A stretch of 64,000 nucleotides of DNA, from contig JAPEUI010000066.1 in NCBI GenBank assembly GCA_026025075.1, positions 1 to 64,000 of the forward strand. The letters are read 5' to 3'. The first letter of the stretch is position 1. The number at the start of each line of letters is the position of its first letter. The translations under genes were made by a program, and so were the position numbers. This document shows, piece by piece, positions 63,540 to 64,000 of the stretch. Under the pieces are notes generated by a model. That model did not search any database. It had not been told where the DNA came from and was given only the letters and a program-made list of their open reading frames with translations. The DNA comes from Vezdaea acicularis (taxonomy: Eukaryota).

Positions 63540-64000
63540 CTAGTCCTGCGGCCCACACGACAGACATCTAATGCCTTCGCTGCCTTCTGCACCAAGATGG
63601 CGGAAGCTAATCTGGCGTTCTTCCCCATTTTTCAATCCCTCTACCCCGACCAAGAATCTCTCTTCAGGCACCAAATCGAATCCGTTATCTTGAAACACGA
63701 CTTTATCAAGTTCAATCTCAAGCGCTACGCCTTTGACGGGCACTTTTGCAGATACCTCCAGTCTTGAGCTGTCGAGAAGTCTTATTTGGAGAACGGGCTC
63801 CCTTGCCAAATGAACATAGCGCAAGGGCTCCGGCCAGTTCACCATTCGAGCGACCTGGCGATCTCTTTCGAAAAGGTATGCTGCAATCGCAACTTGATCA
63901 CCTCCATCGCTTCCTTCTAGATCAGCCAATACCTTGGTGGAGAGTAGCTCAGTTGAGCTGTTCCCCTGTACCATTGGCACGTCTTGATAGATTTTGAAGA
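63540..64000 (-). CDS. GH2 beta-mannosidase (MndB-like), 3' end only; the gene continues beyond the window
   Basis: C-terminal motifs VNWPEPLRYV, PVKGV and FQDNGFDLVP. Confidence 0.75.
   Translation of the reverse strand, partial: FKIYQDVPMVQGNSSTELLSTKVLADLEGSDGGDQVAIAAYLFERDRQVARMVNWPEPLRYVHLAREPVLQIRLLDSSRLEVSAKVPVKGVALEIELDKVVFQDNGFDLVPEERFLVGVEGLKNGEERQISFRHLGAEGSEGIRCLSCGPQD

Overview
Intron-rich, gene-dense eukaryotic DNA from a filamentous ascomycete (Pezizomycotina-type GT-AG introns with CTRAY branch points). About 23 protein-coding genes can be supported: laeA-type methyltransferase, Trk K+ transporter, NAN1/UTP17, RPB10, a conserved unknown, a coiled-coil protein head-to-head with an atypical (HSPA12-like) Hsp70, a 2OG-Fe(II) dioxygenase, an Efm2/Rrg1-like methyltransferase, a Psg1-like membrane protein, an HSD17B10-like SDR, a 4-TM protein, an F-box-like orphan, a cupin, ACR3, a hybrid histidine kinase, a Ser-rich unknown, a Clr5-domain protein, DLD1, a DUF2828/vWA protein, xylitol dehydrogenase, the 3' end of a GH2 beta-mannosidase and two small unannotated-looking genes. 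The laeA-trk spacer is a transposon hot spot with three unrelated MITE-like elements. One of them has CAC...GTG ends and a 5-bp GC-rich target duplication, which is Transib-like. The best candidate for an undescribed system is the divergent pair of the atypical Hsp70 and the coiled-coil protein, whose C-terminus looks GrpE-like. No tRNA, rRNA or CRISPR arrays were seen. All calls come from reading the sequence; no database search was run.
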